DNA of 64,000 nucleotides from Giardia intestinalis (Eukaryota): NCBI GenBank assembly GCA_000002435.2, contig CM018791.1; one strand, 5' to 3'. Shown piece by piece: positions 61,420 to 64,000 of this stretch (position 1 is its first letter; each line of letters starts with the position of its first letter). The notes under the pieces were generated by a model. It saw only the letters and a program-made list of their open reading frames with translations, ran no database searches and was not told where the DNA came from. The position numbers and the translations under genes were made by a program.

Positions 61420-62141
61420 GCACGTTTACATGACACCATATGTTTTCTGAGTAGGGTGATGGGAATGCTTCTATCGGACGCCCCGAATATGTACGAGCCT
61501 GCCACGAAGGCGTCTATTCCACAGGAGCATGCATGATCTATCGTCGCATCCGAAATTCCTCCATCCACTTCAATCAGTAAATCGCTTCTCCTCTTTTTCA
61601 GCTGAATCGCCTTCTCAGCGGCCTCTGGGATATACTTCTGACCACCAAAGCCAGGCTCTACAGTCATAAGAAGAACCAGATCTAAGGCCTTTAACAAGTC
61701 GTCGCCAATGACGGAAGCTGGTGTCTTTGGCTTGATGGAAAGGCCTGCCTTGAGTCCGTGTGCCTTTATTTCCTCGACCAATCGAGCGCATGCCGTATTG
61801 ATAGCTTCCAGATCTTCGTCTGGATCTATGTATGGTGAGTTCCTACCAGAACGCACGGAGGGAGCCTCAATATGAAAGGTAAAGGTGGAAGCACCTGCCT
61901 TAGCGGTCGATGAAATCCAAAACCCTGGGTCATTGGTCATAAAGTGACAGTCTAAAAATGCGTTGGGGACGGCAGCATGTAGGGCACTGATGACGGGCGG
62001 GCCAATGGTCAGATTGGGGACAAAGTTTCCATCCATTACATCCACATGTAACCAGTCTGCTCCACAGTTGAGGACCTCCTGAGCCTCCTGTCCAAGCTTG
62101 GAAAAATCAGCTGAGAGGATTGATGGCGCAATCAACGTCAT
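61416..62141 (-). CDS. RPE: ribulose-phosphate 3-epimerase
   Basis: 241 aa. IAPSILSADFSKLGQEAQEVLNCGADWLHVDVMDGNFVPNLTIGP and MTVEPGFGGQK are diagnostic of RPE. Confidence 0.9.
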   Translation of the reverse strand: MTLIAPSILSADFSKLGQEAQEVLNCGADWLHVDVMDGNFVPNLTIGPPVISALHAAVPNAFLDCHFMTNDPGFWISSTAKAGASTFTFHIEAPSVRSGRNSPYIDPDEDLEAINTACARLVEEIKAHGLKAGLSIKPKTPASVIGDDLLKALDLVLLMTVEPGFGGQKYIPEAAEKAIQLKKRRSDLLIEVDGGISDATIDHACSCGIDAFVAGSYIFGASDRSIPITLLRKHMVSCKRA

Positions 62142-62327
62142 TTGTTTTTAGCTATGCGAAGAAAGATTTAGGCTGCTGTGTAAATATTCACTCTAGTTAT
62201 TTTTCTTATGCACTGCCTACACCTTAGCTTTACTATGGCTGTTTACTGTGACTGTTTACTTAAGGCACGGTATACTCTGCAAGGAACTCCGGTGGTGCAG
62301 GATTTGCTAAATAAGATTCATCAGGGG

Positions 62328-62666
62328 CTACAAGCCACTGCAATCACGAATCTCTGCATCCTTACTCGAGACTCGAGGGTTGCGCCCCGGCTGGGAAGCG
62401 CGGGCCTCACGGCGGGCGGCGGGCTGCTCTGCGCACGCTCCCCTGCGGAGGCGGTGGCCGGGGGCGCACCGGTGGCAGTACTCCGGGACGGCGCAGACCG
62501 CGCAGTGCTCGACGGCGCAGGGCCCGGGGGTGCACGCCCGCCCGCCGTCTGCAGGGACCAGCTCGCCCTGGCAGCGCAGGCAGGCGGCGCCCGCGCACCG
62601 CTCGCAGCCGGGGACCGTCACCCCGCAGGGCAGGGCCGCGAGGAGGCGGAGGAGGCGTCCGGGCAT
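62328..62666 (-). CDS. possible small secreted CXXC-rich protein (VSP/HCMP N-terminus-like fragment) in GC-rich DNA
   Basis: MPGRLLRLLAALPCGVTVPGCERCAGAACLRCQ...CAVEHCAVCAVPEYCHRCAPGH has signal-peptide-like and CXXC module features. It is only about 113 aa. It is overlapped by other-frame ORFs typical of GC-rich sequence. Confidence 0.2.
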   Translation of the reverse strand: MPGRLLRLLAALPCGVTVPGCERCAGAACLRCQGELVPADGGRACTPGPCAVEHCAVCAVPEYCHRCAPGHRLRRGACAEQPAARREARASQPGRNPRVSSKDAEIRDCSGL

Positions 62667-63014
62667 CGGCGTGTTTTCGGCCAAAAATCTGGCGATGTCT
62701 ACGGCGCCCGCGACCTGGGACACGCACTGGGCGCGCCACTGGCGCCTGGCCTGGGACTACGTCCTCGGGGCCGCCGTGGCAGGGCTCCTCCTGGCGTGCG
62801 GGGCGCGCTCCCCGGGCCAGGCAGGGGACCCGGACCCCCGGCACAGCCCCCGGCGCCGCAGCTCCTTCGAGGGCCGGGCTCCCCCGCGCCGGCGGGAGAC
62901 GAGCGACCCCGACGTCGACTGCTCCGACTAGCCCGGGGCACGCGAATCCCATAAAGTGAACGTCAACGCTTTTCCGGCACAATCACCGGGTAGTTTATTG
63001 ATGGAGAAAAATAA

Positions 63015-63761
63015 ATGTGCTGCTGCGACGAGGACATCATCGCCCTCATCTGCGTGGGCATCCCGATGATCGCGTACGCGGTGGTAGTCGGCTTTCCGGG
63101 GAGAGACCCCAGCAAGGTTGGAGCGGCATTGAAAGAGTGTCTCAGTAACAAAAATGGTAAGAATCTCCTAGCCTGCATCAGTGAGAAGGGGGATAACTAC
63201 GGCGGCCTCTTCCTCTTCATAATGATTGTGGCCGTGATCTGCATCATCTACAGCATCGTCGTCCAGATCCTCAAGTGCGTCCTCTGCTGCTGCAGCTGCT
63301 GCTGCTGCGGGTGCTGCGGGTGCCTCGACTGCTTCCTCAAGTACGCGTTCCGCATCGGGGTCGGAGTCGGGTACCCCTCGCTCGCGGACTTCCTCACGTA
63401 CCTGATCACCTCCGTGCTGGCGAAGAACGGGAACGGTGGTAATACGTCGTTCAGCAACGCCGTGGGCGGCTACAGCGGGCTGTCGATGGTCTCCCTCGCG
63501 GCCGGCTGGGCCTTCACCGTGGTCATCGGCTCGTTCTTCATCCACAAGGACAGCTGCGGGCTGAAGTTCCTCGGGCTCATTCTGGGCTGCATCGTCGCCT
63601 TCGTCGTCATCGCGGCCATCGTCCCGGCGGGCCCCCGCGGCCTCCTTGAGGGCCCCTCCAACAAGTGGGCGGGCGTGGTCCTCGGGCTCGTCGACGTGGT
63701 AGTCTTCACAGCCATGTACGCCGCGGCGCTCTGCTGCCTGGGCGGCGGGTGCTGCAAGTAA
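63015..63761 (+). CDS. hypothetical multi-pass membrane protein with poly-Cys patches, GC3-rich codon usage
   Basis: 248 aa. It has four or more hydrophobic helices, and the runs CCCSCCCCGCCGC and CCLGGGCCK suggest palmitoylation-type Cys clusters. The antisense ORFs over it look like GC-driven artefacts. Confidence 0.45.
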   Translation: MCCCDEDIIALICVGIPMIAYAVVVGFPGRDPSKVGAALKECLSNKNGKNLLACISEKGDNYGGLFLFIMIVAVICIIYSIVVQILKCVLCCCSCCCCGCCGCLDCFLKYAFRIGVGVGYPSLADFLTYLITSVLAKNGNGGNTSFSNAVGGYSGLSMVSLAAGWAFTVVIGSFFIHKDSCGLKFLGLILGCIVAFVVIAAIVPAGPRGLLEGPSNKWAGVVLGLVDVVVFTAMYAAALCCLGGGCCK

Positions 63762-63776
63762 ACGGCGCCCGGCCTA

Positions 63777-64000
63777 CTGCTCGGTCTCCTCGTAGATCGT
63801 GATCTCGGAGCAGTCTGCGCACCGGAGCCCGCTGTCCTCCGAGACGGGGACCTGGAAGATCACCCTGCAGAAGCGCATGAACCGGTTTGCGTACGCGTCG
63901 CTCGGGACCGCGGAGATCCCGTCCTTGTCTGCGCACAGCCCCTTCGCCCTGCGCTCGACGTGCTTGATGCTCCTGAACTCGGTGAGGAAGTCGACGACGC
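63777..64000 (-). CDS. C-terminal 74 codons of a gene extending beyond the window end
   Basis: The minus-strand frame is open from the window edge to a TAG at 63777-63779. The translation ...RFMRFCRVIFQVPVSEDSGLRCADCSEITIYEETEQ is protein-like. The region is GC-rich, so a chance ORF is possible. Confidence 0.3.

Noticed and set aside
62208-62982. ORFs 62208..62954(+), 62380..62931(+), 62407..62982(-), 62699..62941(-), 63168..63545(-), 63470..63757(-)
   Set aside because: They are mutually overlapping in GC-rich sequence, with Arg/Pro/Gly/Ala-dominated translations. At most one frame per locus can be real, and these are likely artefacts.
1-64000. Prokaryote-style features (CRISPR arrays, operons, Shine-Dalgarno sites, rho-independent terminators) and tRNA/rRNA genes
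   Set aside because: The sequence is eukaryotic (Giardia-like). No direct-repeat/spacer arrays or cloverleaf-capable tRNA candidates were recognised by eye. A tRNAscan/Infernal run would be needed to exclude small RNAs formally.

Overview
The window is gene-dense eukaryotic nuclear DNA with almost no introns. It can be assigned to Giardia intestinalis (syn. lamblia/duodenalis) with good confidence. The strongest evidence is two variant-specific surface protein (VSP) genes with CXXC/GGCY modules, one ending in the invariant ...[17 protein letters not shown] tail. Supporting evidence includes several NEK-like kinase-plus-ankyrin-repeat genes lacking catalytic residues, AGTAAAT poly(A) signals, and short or overlapping intergenic spacers. 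There is no prokaryotic architecture: no operons, CRISPR arrays, rRNA or recognisable tRNA genes. Recognisable housekeeping genes include the following. The first is a 2297-aa 5' fragment of a dynein heavy chain (tail, linker and the start of AAA1 only). Others are kinesin-13, a CNNM/DUF21-CBS transporter, tRNA m7G methyltransferase (Trm8/METTL1), ribulose-5-phosphate 3-epimerase and a syntaxin. Also present are a 2x[4Fe-4S] ferredoxin, a secreted EGF-like cysteine-rich protein, two small ubiquitin-fold proteins (one UFM1-like) and a WBP2/GRAM-like protein, plus many hypothetical proteins. The unusual part lies between 24.2 and 41.6 kb. A near-perfect 3.67-kb inverted repeat (24173-27844 and 33479-37150) carries a truncated NEK-ankyrin pseudogene in each arm. 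The two arms flank a 5.6-kb spacer holding a GC-rich, ORF-free 3.3-kb island and a VSP gene with a decayed C-terminal tail. The outer edge of the right arm lies 17 bp upstream of a second, intact VSP gene. That gene contains 35 apparently identical 120-bp tandem repeats, each encoding a 40-aa CXXC module. The dynein ORF stops inside AAA1 immediately after the conserved FRxVAM motif, at a sequence reading ATATGTT. This is consistent with the fragmented, trans-spliced dynein genes reported for Giardia.
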